Shown here: positions 30,601 through 38,507 of the stretch, piece after piece
How the letters are laid out: each line of letters starts with the position of its first letter
Numbering within the stretch: position 1 is the stretch's first letter
Virus record (IMG/VR): IMGVR_UViG_3300045131_002298
Location: 1 to 64,000 of that record
Source of the DNA: a virus
Reading direction: 5' to 3' (one strand)
DNA length: 64,000 nucleotides
Program-made: the position numbers and the translations under genes
The notes under the pieces: model-generated
What the model was told of the DNA's origin: nothing
Seen by the model: only the letters and a program-made list of their open reading frames with translations
Databases searched by the model: none

Positions 30601-30921
30601 GTTGTTACCTGTTAAAGCATTTTGATGCTTGCTCCGCTGATCCTCATATATTTCTCGCAATTGTGATTTTGTTTTATTACGAAGAGAAGAAAATTCATCA
30701 GGTAAATCTTTAGGTGATAGGAAAGTAGTGCCCTTTGCAGTGAGGGCCTGAATATGCCCGCCGGAAGTAAGGGCTAATCCATCGTTAAGAAAGCCCCATA
30801 ATGATTTACTTGTATTCTGCCCAGCAAATTTAGAGAAATCTAAATTTATATTAGCATTTACTTCATTTAAATCATCTACAGTTAAGGGGACTTTTTTATC
30901 AGAACGATTTTTACGGGCCAT
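27664..30921 (-). CDS. Tape measure protein
   Basis: Position after the chaperones; 1085 aa; central helical PhageMin_Tail-like region. Confidence 0.7.
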   Translation of the reverse strand: MARKNRSDKKVPLTVDDLNEVNANINLDFSKFAGQNTSKSLWGFLNDGLALTSGGHIQALTAKGTTFLSPKDLPDEFSSLRNKTKSQLREIYEDQRSKHQNALTGNNIVPPLRKTTASLTGDDLYTDSTSIKNNVRPSHNDNIRVKSIGTKSVDALALRVKQGKAANQGWRAEEYPASVTQIGSSQFTPAASSHINPHYTGRSFTSGAQHPYDSGHFRDRRGFIQKPPEPSMGPSFPTSNVVPNVNTTHTSVSAAQKFENKRILEQGIANMKSGPLAHALEDIKKTFTDISKVASQAFAPIIKAAAPWTNFHTAGSSMSGSAASSGFSGAGVGSGGVSVGGIGGGHNIEGGGGGEPPPGSRGARGASSVSPGSSGATHGEGQQKKGWARTKATEARKQVGQQFWHAGTWGVVAPVIGGVAYTAARLVGGDPYTDRSIHALTGVGLGQEQKASTSRWAYTAAGAQPFLRTQELIDTHKMLISSAEVPYNNANAYKFEQATEQLQAYSGIAMEDPKKAAVDIPRATMMAMQNYAQYKGKDFFEVLPSVMGARATITQQSSVQGHDLATYNRYAGPTNQDGLRWSPGESEAFGAHYISRGATPEQAGSYMRNFFAGENLTKMAKLSLITRQYMKNAETMGFKGKAMPKEMFARGFWTQKTKKGPNGTKVAVPSPGYEMLASEKNRISRILHSGDKAEQLGLISDLSKQSLWIQKSGRGGAMVGKEADVVMRQMIASDSRQDMINNRQREMAAVHAEELNPTLVNKALDESKKGLDTPSGRLSEMASAGTAYMSVLSKEIGADKFFAWAAKRLLTKTVASNLGSAVKSGDKAEILKTIKLMEDYARLGKVTKDGLFTGGPLGSTVYGAKDKIVEGLLGRIPSGKYSAGWTDVQKLQDFYPDLPKDYFSSKDLYPNIQGSSAHGIPSQTTVDKMQGKKPVEKGPGPVGYGEQQKVGESPAAPSPHKDDLSGMSYDPWDQKAYPYNPYDKKVKGGYDWVNTANEKGPGGIAADVGGGLYGALQGMDSFVQAIKQGVKDAFTEATSMSPSNTGGSPINIEIHNADGYVKRTTLDPGGASPTNAPGAVPQIQM

Positions 30922-30925
30922 CTAT

Positions 30926-31129
30926 TTATTCTCCACTCGAGGGACGCTTGTTGCGCTCAAGATAGAAGTCCCACATCATGCGCCTCCAGCTTGAAGGCCA
31001 AGACATCACTTCAGAAATTGGATTGTTTTCGGTATAAGCAGACACTATAGAGACTTCCTTCATGAATTCTTTTTCCGACTCGTAATGGGAATTAGGAACT
31101 AAGCAAATACGATCGGCTAAACCCAGCAT
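30926..31129 (-). CDS. Tail assembly chaperone GT extension (-1 frameshift)
   Basis: ISEVMSWPSSWRR motif; in the -1 frame of the upstream gene and open back to the slippery site. Confidence 0.75.
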   Translation of the reverse strand: MLGLADRICLVPNSHYESEKEFMKEVSIVSAYTENNPISEVMSWPSSWRRMMWDFYLERNKRPSSGE

Positions 31130-31162
31130 GTGCTGGCGTCCTAGCCGCTCGGAAATAAAAAA
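31111..31162 (-). other. Programmed -1 ribosomal frameshift signal
   Basis: Slippery T TTT TTA (31162-31156) followed by hairpin CGGCTAG..CCAGCA-CA-TGCTGG..TTAGCCG. Confidence 0.8.
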
Positions 31163-31848
31163 TCACGCAAACCAAGAATGTTCGTTACGTCGTAGTTTCC
31201 ACAGGATTCACATACAAGAGATACGAGAGGATCATAGCCAGCCACCAATTCTCTTCTTGCTTTTCTAATGGCTTTATGGTCCATCAAGGGCAACTTTACC
31301 ACGTCTTCATAAGATACTGGATCACATCCTTCAAGCATACGCAGTGAAAGATAATCACCCTGGTTTAGGTCCACAGAACCCTGTGAGCTCATTTGCTCAT
31401 TCAGAATCATATCATTCTGAACAGTAAGAAAGCCCACTCTAGCCCGTAATTTAGTCCTAGGCAGAACCAAATCTATAACCGGGTCTGTGCCGCCTGTGCA
31501 ATTCTCAGGAAGAGAAATCATGGGTAATTCCGATAGGTTAACAGTGTGTGAATTCATCTGTCCGCAAGAACTGCACACATTTACGAAGGAAAGTTCGTCA
31601 AGAAAATTTACCCGATAAGCTTCTATCAAAAGAAACTCATAATCAGGTACTAAAAATTGCATAACATCTGCTGTCTTACATGGCTTACCGTCATACTCCA
31701 CTATAATACTAGCTAAATAATCAGGGATAACCTGATGTAATCGTTTACCTTTTTTCAACAAAAGCCGTTCTGAGTAACCGTCTGTTTCGCGCACTTTTGC
31801 CAAAAGCTGAGAAACAGGAGTGGTTACCTCGTTAGTTATAAGTTCCAT
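31141..31848 (-). CDS. Tail assembly chaperone (T4 gp26-like)
   Basis: DYEFLLIEAYRVNF, CSSCG, LPRTK, CESCG; between tube and tape measure. Confidence 0.75.
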   Translation of the reverse strand: MELITNEVTTPVSQLLAKVRETDGYSERLLLKKGKRLHQVIPDYLASIIVEYDGKPCKTADVMQFLVPDYEFLLIEAYRVNFLDELSFVNVCSSCGQMNSHTVNLSELPMISLPENCTGGTDPVIDLVLPRTKLRARVGFLTVQNDMILNEQMSSQGSVDLNQGDYLSLRMLEGCDPVSYEDVVKLPLMDHKAIRKARRELVAGYDPLVSLVCESCGNYDVTNILGLRDFLFPSG

Positions 31849-31976
31849 ACTATATAATTACTCCACAATTAAACTTAAATCTCTTTAAAGAGATAAGTCC
31901 AATTGTAAAGCAAAAAAATTAGAATGTCATCTAAAATGTTGAGATGATACATGAAATGTATGTGCGACATGAAAAC

Positions 31977-32008
31977 AAAAAAAAAGAGCGCCCATTTAGG
32001 AGCGCTCT
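31977..32008 (-). terminator. Rho-independent terminator
   Basis: AGAGCGC stem followed by a T run. Confidence 0.75.
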
Positions 32009-32012
32009 GGAT

Positions 32013-32028
32013 TTGCAATCAATTGCAA
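32013..32028 (+). repeat. 16-bp site, copy 4
   Basis: TTGCAATCAATTGCAA. Confidence 0.9.
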
Positions 32029-32034
32029 AAAATA

Positions 32035-32997
32035 TTATTTTTTCTTAGGTCTATACTGTTCTGCCAAGGGTTCCGTCAATGCTCTTTCTACAGACCAATT
32101 TCTATTAAGTCTGCCCCTGATAGTTCCCTTATTAAAATTCAATTCTTCTGTCCACTGCGCTACACACTTAGTTTCACCGTTGAATGTAAGATATCTATTC
32201 CCTCTAGTATTTCTGCAATTCTCCTTACGAGTAACCCATCTACAATTCTCAGGGCTATAACCTCTTCCATTATCTATACGATCTATCTCTAATCCCTCTG
32301 GCCTTGGGCCCATGTCTTCTGCAAAATTAGCAAACGTGTGCCATCTTTCACATACTATTATGCCTCTTCCGCCATAATCTCGGTATCCTCCGTCATTTAC
32401 ATTATAGCATCTTTGCATCATATTATCCCATACTCCGTATATAGGAGTTCCTGTGAGCCCATGAGATATAGCCCAAGTCTTTCTATGACAGCCACACGAG
32501 ATAGTATTCCCAGTTAAAAGATTATTAGACTCCACAGAAGTTATCTTCCCACAATCGCATAAACATACCCACCTCACCCTCTTCTTCTTTGCTTTCTGGG
32601 GCGTTAAATCCTTCCCTAAAACTAGTAATCTACCGAAGCGCATACCTGTATAATCATCCCTATGACCACAAGTTTTTGAATCACCACACTTAAGAGAAGA
32701 AGCTCTAATTATCTTTTCTTTTCCACAATCGCACTTACAAAGCCACCAAGAACCAAAATCATCTACATGATCTAATTTTAAAACCTCTAATTCTCCAAAG
32801 TGTTTTCCTGCCAAATCGACTATACGCCCACAGCCACAAGAAGAAGTATTTCCACTTTTAAGGTTTTCTACTCTAACCTCGATCTCTTTACCACAATTAC
32901 ACACACATTTTACGTAAAATCTGTAAGATCCTTCTCTTTTATAAGTAGATCCTATTGTGGTTAGCTTTCCAAATTTTGTTCCTGATTCTATTTCCAA
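32035..32997 (-). CDS. HNH homing endonuclease
   Basis: Three CxCxCG Zn modules; YGGRGI; IDRIDNGRGYSPENCRW. Confidence 0.9.
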   Translation of the reverse strand: MEIESGTKFGKLTTIGSTYKREGSYRFYVKCVCNCGKEIEVRVENLKSGNTSSCGCGRIVDLAGKHFGELEVLKLDHVDDFGSWWLCKCDCGKEKIIRASSLKCGDSKTCGHRDDYTGMRFGRLLVLGKDLTPQKAKKKRVRWVCLCDCGKITSVESNNLLTGNTISCGCHRKTWAISHGLTGTPIYGVWDNMMQRCYNVNDGGYRDYGGRGIIVCERWHTFANFAEDMGPRPEGLEIDRIDNGRGYSPENCRWVTRKENCRNTRGNRYLTFNGETKCVAQWTEELNFNKGTIRGRLNRNWSVERALTEPLAEQYRPKKK

Positions 32998-33030
32998 AAT
33001 AAAATCCTCCTAAATTTTTTATTTAGGAAG

Positions 33031-33059
33031 ATTCTACCACAAACCAGACTTAATGTCAA
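33031..33059 (-). promoter_or_regulatory. sigma70 promoter of the HNH gene
   Basis: TTGACA-N17-TAGAAT with extended TG. Confidence 0.75.
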
Positions 33060-33166
33060 GAAAAAACGTACGCTCCGAAAAAATAATTTAAAAAATAAAT
33101 TAACTCAGCGTACGTTTAAACGTAATCAAAATTATTTACAATGCACGAAGCTAATCTATATAAACC

Positions 33167-33646
33167 TTACAGAGCACGTACATTCCTCTTGTTGTAAGCT
33201 ATCTCAACGAATTCTAAAACATCGGTACTGTCATCTAAAGATGACTTAGCATTTACCTTGTAAGATACTGGGAATCCCCGATAATATTCCCAGCAACGCA
33301 CTGGATCCCCTGCCGGTCCTAGTTCAAACACACTAAAATTCCTCTGGTACTTAGCGGGCATGCCACCGTTGCCTGTATCAGGGTTCTGCGCCGTATTCAA
33401 CCATTCCTCGAAATACAAACGTTGGTCAGACCCAATTGGTACTACCGTACGCATAACGCAGTTAGAGAAGCCGATCATTCCGACTTCCTTACATACGTGA
33501 TTCTGGCCCGCGCCACTATGAACGGTGACCCCATGCGTCCTTGTTCCAGGCTCAAACTCTTGTACAAGAGCTGCCTCGAGTCCATTAATTTCAACACGAT
33601 ATTTAAAATCTTTTAACCGCGGTATCGCACAAGCTGTCGTAGGCAT
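33167..33646 (-). CDS. Tail tube protein (T4 gp19-like)
   Basis: FKYRVEING, K..G...F, W.Y...FP..Y, E.VEIAY. Confidence 0.85.
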   Translation of the reverse strand: MPTTACAIPRLKDFKYRVEINGLEAALVQEFEPGTRTHGVTVHSGAGQNHVCKEVGMIGFSNCVMRTVVPIGSDQRLYFEEWLNTAQNPDTGNGGMPAKYQRNFSVFELGPAGDPVRCWEYYRGFPVSYKVNAKSSLDDSTDVLEFVEIAYNKRNVRAL

Positions 33647-33868
33647 ATATTCCTACCTCCTATACTAATTATTTCGAGATGTGCACTTTCTCGATGGAAA
33701 ACTAATTTACTAATTAAATTAACAATTTAAATATAGACGGAGATGTATAAATTCCGCCAATAATAATTAATCTTTATTATAAATGTATATGTTTATTTAA
33801 TGCAAGCTAATTGTTTGTATTGATTAGATTTTTGGGAGGAAATTATTGGAAGAGTTAGGAAATAAAAT

Positions 33869-33899
33869 AAAAAAAGAGCGCGGGTTTTAAGCGCGCTCT
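33869..33899 (-). terminator. Rho-independent terminator
   Basis: AGAGCGCG stem followed by a T run on the minus strand. Confidence 0.75.
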
Positions 33900-34222
33900 C
33901 CTCGACGACCAAGGATTTCCTTTTTGTTAAATGAAATATTTGCGAAATTTGGTCGTCTAAGTCGAATAAAGTGGCTATTGCTTTTATCCTAATTATTCAA
34001 AAGGATCTCAAAATGGATGATGAAGTATACGCAATAGCCAAACTGTTATATAAGAAATAAATTGGCTACTAGGTTTAACAATAAAAGCTCTTTAAAAGGA
34101 GGTAAAAAACAATAGTAGCCAAACTGCAATTTCAAATAAGGGGCGCTGGGTTAATAGTAGAAGGAGATTTTATGCTATAGAAGAATTAGTTGTGGGCGCG
34201 CCCTTTACCCCTTGACTAATTT
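33869..34222 (-). ncRNA. Putative multi-stem-loop antisense RNA array (~350 nt)
   Basis: No ORF in the track between a promoter (34229-34257) and a terminator; four stems enclosing 36-51-nt loops complementary to SD/ATG-like sequences. Confidence 0.6.
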
Positions 34223-34228
34223 AAACCT

Positions 34229-34257
34229 AGTCTACCACAGACTTTAACAAAAGTCAA
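34229..34257 (-). promoter_or_regulatory. sigma70 promoter with upstream 16-bp site
   Basis: TTGACT-N17-TAGACT, extended TG. Confidence 0.75.
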
Positions 34258-34264
34258 GCTTTTT

Positions 34265-34280
34265 TTGCAATTGATTGCAA
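34265..34280 (-). repeat. 16-bp site, copy 5 (7 bp upstream of a -35)
   Basis: TTGCAATTGATTGCAA on the + strand. Confidence 0.9.
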
Positions 34281-34703
34281 TTATTTTTTATCACGCCATG
34301 TGACGTAAGAAAGAGCAAATTCCATATCAATATAGTCCTGCCCTTCTTCGCTATATAAATGCATTCTAATCATTATACTTTGAGTAAACATATACTCACC
34401 CAGCGAAATATTATACCTCAAACCCACATTATCTTCTGGAAAAATAGGATTTCCTTCAAATTGCATTTTACGTAAAGTGAGATTACCCGAATGCTCAGAC
34501 TTTTCTTCAAAATATTTTATAAGGTCTTTAGGTATTTTTTTACGACCAGGAGTAAGAGCGAACAAAGACACTACTTCATTGCGTTTCCACTCTTTTCTTA
34601 TGGCGCGCATCTCATTGTCAATATCAAAGTATTCACATGTTCCATTGACATCAAATCCCTGAGTGGATCCTGTGCCGTAAATATAAAAATCCATCCTCTC
34701 CAT
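34281..34703 (-). CDS. Hypothetical protein
   Basis: ORF with GGAG RBS; no recognised motif. Confidence 0.65.
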   Translation of the reverse strand: MERMDFYIYGTGSTQGFDVNGTCEYFDIDNEMRAIRKEWKRNEVVSLFALTPGRKKIPKDLIKYFEEKSEHSGNLTLRKMQFEGNPIFPEDNVGLRYNISLGEYMFTQSIMIRMHLYSEEGQDYIDMEFALSYVTWRDKK

Positions 34704-34728
34704 TTTAATTTCTCCGTTCCCTATTAAA

Positions 34729-35121
34729 CTATTCCTTCATTTTTTTAATAGACGCTTCTAATCGCGTCATTGATATTTTAATATTATTTAATTCTGCTTC
34801 AATCATACTCAATTCCGACAGCTTTTGCTGAGAAAGGCTAGGATAGGGCTGAGAGGGCTGTGAGGAAGCCTGAACATTTGATGCCTGACTTGATGTCTGA
34901 TTTGGTACCTGTTGCTGTGGTTGATTCTGGGCCGGTTTTTGGGCCTGTGCATTATTTACTTGCTGTTGAAGATTATTTATTTGAGCAATCAACTGATTGC
35001 GCGCTGTAGGTCAAGTAGTATTCTGTAACTGATTTTGAAGAGCGCTCAACATGCTTTGATTTATATCCTGTTGCATGCTCTGTTGACTACTGTTTAAGCT
35101 GAAAAAATTAAAGAGTCCCAT
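34729..35121 (-). CDS. Gln-rich coiled-coil protein interrupted by an in-frame TGA (readthrough, pseudogene or sequence error)
   Basis: GGAGG RBS and ATG at 35121; codon 37 is TGA (35011-35013); continues in frame into ORF 34729-34992. Confidence 0.6.
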
Positions 35122-35160
35122 GGTTTCCTCCTGAGGGATTACACGTATTACTTTAATAGT

Positions 35161-35188
35161 ATTATACATTATATTTGCTGATTGTCAA
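35161..35188 (-). promoter_or_regulatory. sigma70 promoter
   Basis: TTGACA-N16-TATAAT. Confidence 0.65.
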
Positions 35189-35212
35189 GTTTTATTTTGA
35201 AGAAGAGTAAAG

Positions 35213-35288
35213 AAAAACAAAAGCCCGAAGGAGAACCCCTCGGGCATCGGGAAAGAAAGGAGAAAAAAATGAACCTTCTAGGGAAGGT
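35213..35288 (-). ncRNA. Putative ~75-nt anti-Shine-Dalgarno sRNA
   Basis: 5' hairpin ACCTTC/GAAGGT; single-stranded TCATTTTTTTCTCCTTTC; terminator GCCCGA..TCGGGC-TTTTGTTTTT. Confidence 0.65.
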
Positions 35289-35294
35289 GAATAC

Positions 35295-35323
35295 AGTATA
35301 CTTCCCTCTATAATACATGTCAA
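35295..35323 (-). promoter_or_regulatory. sigma70 promoter of the sRNA
   Basis: TTGACA-N17-TATACT. Confidence 0.75.
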
Positions 35324-35386
35324 GTAAAAAGATCAAAAGGTTGCATTTTTTTCTTGAAGTAACACTTGATAATTAGGTGCAATTAA

Positions 35387-35812
35387 TTACCAGTCTCCTC
35401 CCCCGAATAGCAGCGAGAGCACGTCGAAGGGAAAAACGCACACCCGCTGCACAGCAGAAACGCATATAGGAAGTTGACGCTGAGAAGTACTAACCCATGG
35501 ATATTGCTGCTGACAATAACTATAAGAGCAAGTATCATACATAGGCTGTGAATAATTCTGATAGTAATAAACCTGCTGGGGTCTATATGTTTTTCTTATT
35601 TGTTTTCTAGGCGCGAAATCTCGCTGCTGAGGAAGCCTGTTAACTGATACCTTCTTTTCAGGTTCCTGAGCGCGTCTAATCTTACTCTGATATGCTGAAT
35701 TATTAGGAAATTTAAAGGCAGGAAAATTCAAAGTTTCACCTTGAGGCTTCACCTGCGCGTATGAAAAGCCAGACATCATCAACACTACAAACAATACTAA
35801 AAACTTTTTCAT
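35387..35812 (-). CDS. Exported protein with signal peptide
   Basis: MKKFLVLFVVLMMSGFSYA-Q Sec signal; Q/Y-rich body. Confidence 0.65.
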   Translation of the reverse strand: MKKFLVLFVVLMMSGFSYAQVKPQGETLNFPAFKFPNNSAYQSKIRRAQEPEKKVSVNRLPQQRDFAPRKQIRKTYRPQQVYYYQNYSQPMYDTCSYSYCQQQYPWVSTSQRQLPICVSAVQRVCVFPFDVLSLLFGGGDW

Positions 35813-36444
35813 TCCATTACTCCTTCTTCCATTTTAACTTGGGGTGCCTTTTGAGGTAACGCACTCTCTCGTTCTCTAAGTAGAATCCATATAGCTTGTT
35901 CTAAATATGAAATATCCTCAAGATAATTATATTTAAAGAGCGCCTCCACTGCAGTCCCTACTCTATAATTAAGAAACCAATCCTCTATTACTTCTATAGG
36001 TTGAAATTCTACCTCATCATAAAAAACAGGGCCGTTAAGTTCATGGCGCGAAAAATTCCGCCCTTCTCCTTCACCAATATTCCCGTTAGTGAACTCATTC
36101 TGCATGTCATCTTTTGTAGGATCATAATCATCCATTTCTTTTTTGAGGCGCGAATTTATGCTCTTCTCCAATGACTCCTCTGTAGTATAATAAAGAAAGC
36201 GATGCACTCCGTCTTCCTCATAACAAAGCACATTATAATTAACAACTAGTTGAGGAGAAGTCTCTCCCTTTTTTGCGCCAATACCCGTGATACCAAAAAT
36301 GATAAGAGAATTTTCCTGAAACAAAGCCTTATTAATCCAATGCTCTAAAAGACGATCCTCTAAAATCTCCCTAACCAGTTTGGGATTTTTGTTGATAAGA
36401 GCGCTCTTTATATCAGTAGTCGGAATATTTTCTACAAGATCCAT
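35809..36444 (-). CDS. Hypothetical protein with degenerate DUF3310-like C-terminal domain
   Basis: GPVFY..QPIEVIEDWFLNYRVGTAVEALFKY..LEQAIWIL.RE. Confidence 0.55.
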   Translation of the reverse strand: MDLVENIPTTDIKSALINKNPKLVREILEDRLLEHWINKALFQENSLIIFGITGIGAKKGETSPQLVVNYNVLCYEEDGVHRFLYYTTEESLEKSINSRLKKEMDDYDPTKDDMQNEFTNGNIGEGEGRNFSRHELNGPVFYDEVEFQPIEVIEDWFLNYRVGTAVEALFKYNYLEDISYLEQAIWILLRERESALPQKAPQVKMEEGVME

Positions 36445-36557
36445 ATATCTCCCTTATAAAAAAAGTGCTGTTCTATTATTTGAAAAGGCGGAACAGCTAC
36501 ACCTTTTGACCCCGCGGGGGGATTGGGGCCAAGCTGCTTTGCGAGCAGCATGATTTT

Positions 36558-36586
36558 AATATACCACAAATTTAAAAGTATGTCAA
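36558..36586 (-). promoter_or_regulatory. sigma70 promoter with upstream 16-bp site
   Basis: TTGACA-N17-TATATT, extended TG. Confidence 0.75.
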
Positions 36587-38475
36587 GCTTTTTTTGCAAT
36601 TGATTGCAAATTAAATTTTCTACTTAAATGATCTACACGAATTTCTTTCTCTCCCCCGCTCTCTACATCGCATATAGCATAAATATTATTTTTCCTCTTA
36701 TAAATCTCCCTTACCTTAAAATCCCCAAATACATCCCCCACTTTACAAAATTTTGTGCCTGCTACTTCTAATGAATTATTCTTACTCATAGTATTGGCAA
36801 CTTCCTTTTTAATACAACCACAAGATTTAATTTTACCTGAAGTTACATCATATAATTTTTTAATATCCTCCTTTCCGCAGTCACATAAACATTTAGCATA
36901 TTTTCGCGCCCCTCCCTCAGTATTCTTTATTCTTACCTCCTTAATTATAAGCTTATTAAATTTTTCTCCTACATGCGTTGAATTTTCGTCAATAGGCCAA
37001 AATGGAAATTCCTTTTCTTTACTTTCTTTAACCTCTTTCAATCTCTCACTAGTAACAGTCATTCTATGCTCTTTAATAGATTCCTTATGATAACAACCAC
37101 AGGATTTAATTACATTAAGATGGGAAAGATTTATAGTGGTTTCATTTCCACAATCACAAGCACACCTCAGTCTATAAATATAATTACCTTTCTCTGTTTT
37201 ACCTTTTATAACTTCTAACACGGTAAGCCTATCAAACTTCTTCCCTACTATTCCTTTAATACTATATTTTTTTTCTGAACTTCCTTCAGTGGTTTCTACT
37301 TTTCCGCCTCTTCCACACCCACAAGATTTCTGACGATCATGAATCAAATCAGAAAGTAATATCTCTTTTTCTGTTACCCCACAATCACAGTCACAAATAG
37401 CATAGCTCCTATTCCCTCTGCCTCTATCTCTAGTAACAATATCTTTTATTATAACTTTCCCAAAACGCTCTCCTATATGCTTCTGATCCTCTCCTCTAAG
37501 ATTATTTCTTCCCGGTGAATACACCTCATCACTAAGAATCTGCTCTACACTCATACCGCTTATATATCTATTTTTCAACGTATCATAATTCTTACCTAAA
37601 AATTCTGCCCACTGCCCAATAGTAAGAGACTTTCCGTCATAAGTTAAAATAATATTCTTAATTGCTCCTGCATCCCTTCTTTCAACTAAAGGAGTAGTAA
37701 GAATATCTTCCGGAGACCATCCTGCGTCATACCTCCAAACTAAAGCTCTAGTTTCTATTCCAGTATACAAGGACCATTCTGGTATAGATCTAACCTCTCC
37801 TTTATACTCAACAGTAATATCCTTTAAATTGCGTTCAGTTTTTCTTTCTCTAGGAGGTGCTAATAACTCATTTCCTCTTTTATGCTCCGTATGATATCTA
37901 GTTTTTAAAGTAGATAATTTTATACCCTTTTCTTCTGCCCACGCTCTAAGGGTCTGATTTTTTCCTTCCCATTCGTAATAGATTATATTGTCCCTATTTT
38001 CGGATTGTTCCTCATGCGTAACCCACCTACAATTCTCTGGAGAGTAATCTCCGTCATTACTTATTCTATCTATCTCATAATCATTTTTAGGCTCTGGCTT
38101 TTCCCCCATATCTAATAAAAAGTTTTCGAATCCTCTTTCCTCCAGCCACCTATCACATACCTTTGTACCTTTTAGCCCATAAAAGGGATAGCCATCACTA
38201 TTAGGATTATAGCAGCGATCTTTAGCATGGTTCCAAGCATTATACTCAGAAGGAAAATTTCTACTAGTTACATTAGGGTCTACAGAATTACGCTTATTAC
38301 ATCCACAGGAAGTGGATCTTCCCTTTTTAACACTATATAATTCCATGTCTACCACAGCCCCGCACTCACACAAGCACCTACAAAATCTTCTCCTGCCCTG
38401 CTTGTCTGGTGTTTCCTTCTTAAAAACCTCAAGGATAGTAAGCTTTCCGAAAACCATTCCTACTAAATTTTCCAT
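36583..38475 (-). CDS. Large modular HNH endonuclease
   Basis: EIDRISNDGDYSPENCRW; three HTH-like repeats; at least four CxCxCG..SCGC modules. Confidence 0.85.
   Translation of the reverse strand: MENLVGMVFGKLTILEVFKKETPDKQGRRRFCRCLCECGAVVDMELYSVKKGRSTSCGCNKRNSVDPNVTSRNFPSEYNAWNHAKDRCYNPNSDGYPFYGLKGTKVCDRWLEERGFENFLLDMGEKPEPKNDYEIDRISNDGDYSPENCRWVTHEEQSENRDNIIYYEWEGKNQTLRAWAEEKGIKLSTLKTRYHTEHKRGNELLAPPRERKTERNLKDITVEYKGEVRSIPEWSLYTGIETRALVWRYDAGWSPEDILTTPLVERRDAGAIKNIILTYDGKSLTIGQWAEFLGKNYDTLKNRYISGMSVEQILSDEVYSPGRNNLRGEDQKHIGERFGKVIIKDIVTRDRGRGNRSYAICDCDCGVTEKEILLSDLIHDRQKSCGCGRGGKVETTEGSSEKKYSIKGIVGKKFDRLTVLEVIKGKTEKGNYIYRLRCACDCGNETTINLSHLNVIKSCGCYHKESIKEHRMTVTSERLKEVKESKEKEFPFWPIDENSTHVGEKFNKLIIKEVRIKNTEGGARKYAKCLCDCGKEDIKKLYDVTSGKIKSCGCIKKEVANTMSKNNSLEVAGTKFCKVGDVFGDFKVREIYKRKNNIYAICDVESGGEKEIRVDHLSRKFNLQSIAKKA
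36594..36609 (-). repeat. 16-bp site, copy 6 (7 bp upstream of a -35)
   Basis: TTGCAATTGATTGCAA on the + strand. Confidence 0.9.
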
Positions 38476-38507
38476 AATATTTTCCTTCCTTCTTTTTATT
38501 TAAAAGC

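Noticed and set aside
33064-33117. AAACGTACGCT inverted repeat as a fifth antisense cassette
   Set aside because: The loop is A/T-only with no SD/ATG complement; more likely the tube-gene terminator
33900-34210. CRISPR or TIGR array
   Set aside because: No identical direct repeats at constant spacing, no box C/D motifs, and no Cas or Nop-domain gene nearby; the Cas4-like gene is a typical solo phage exonuclease
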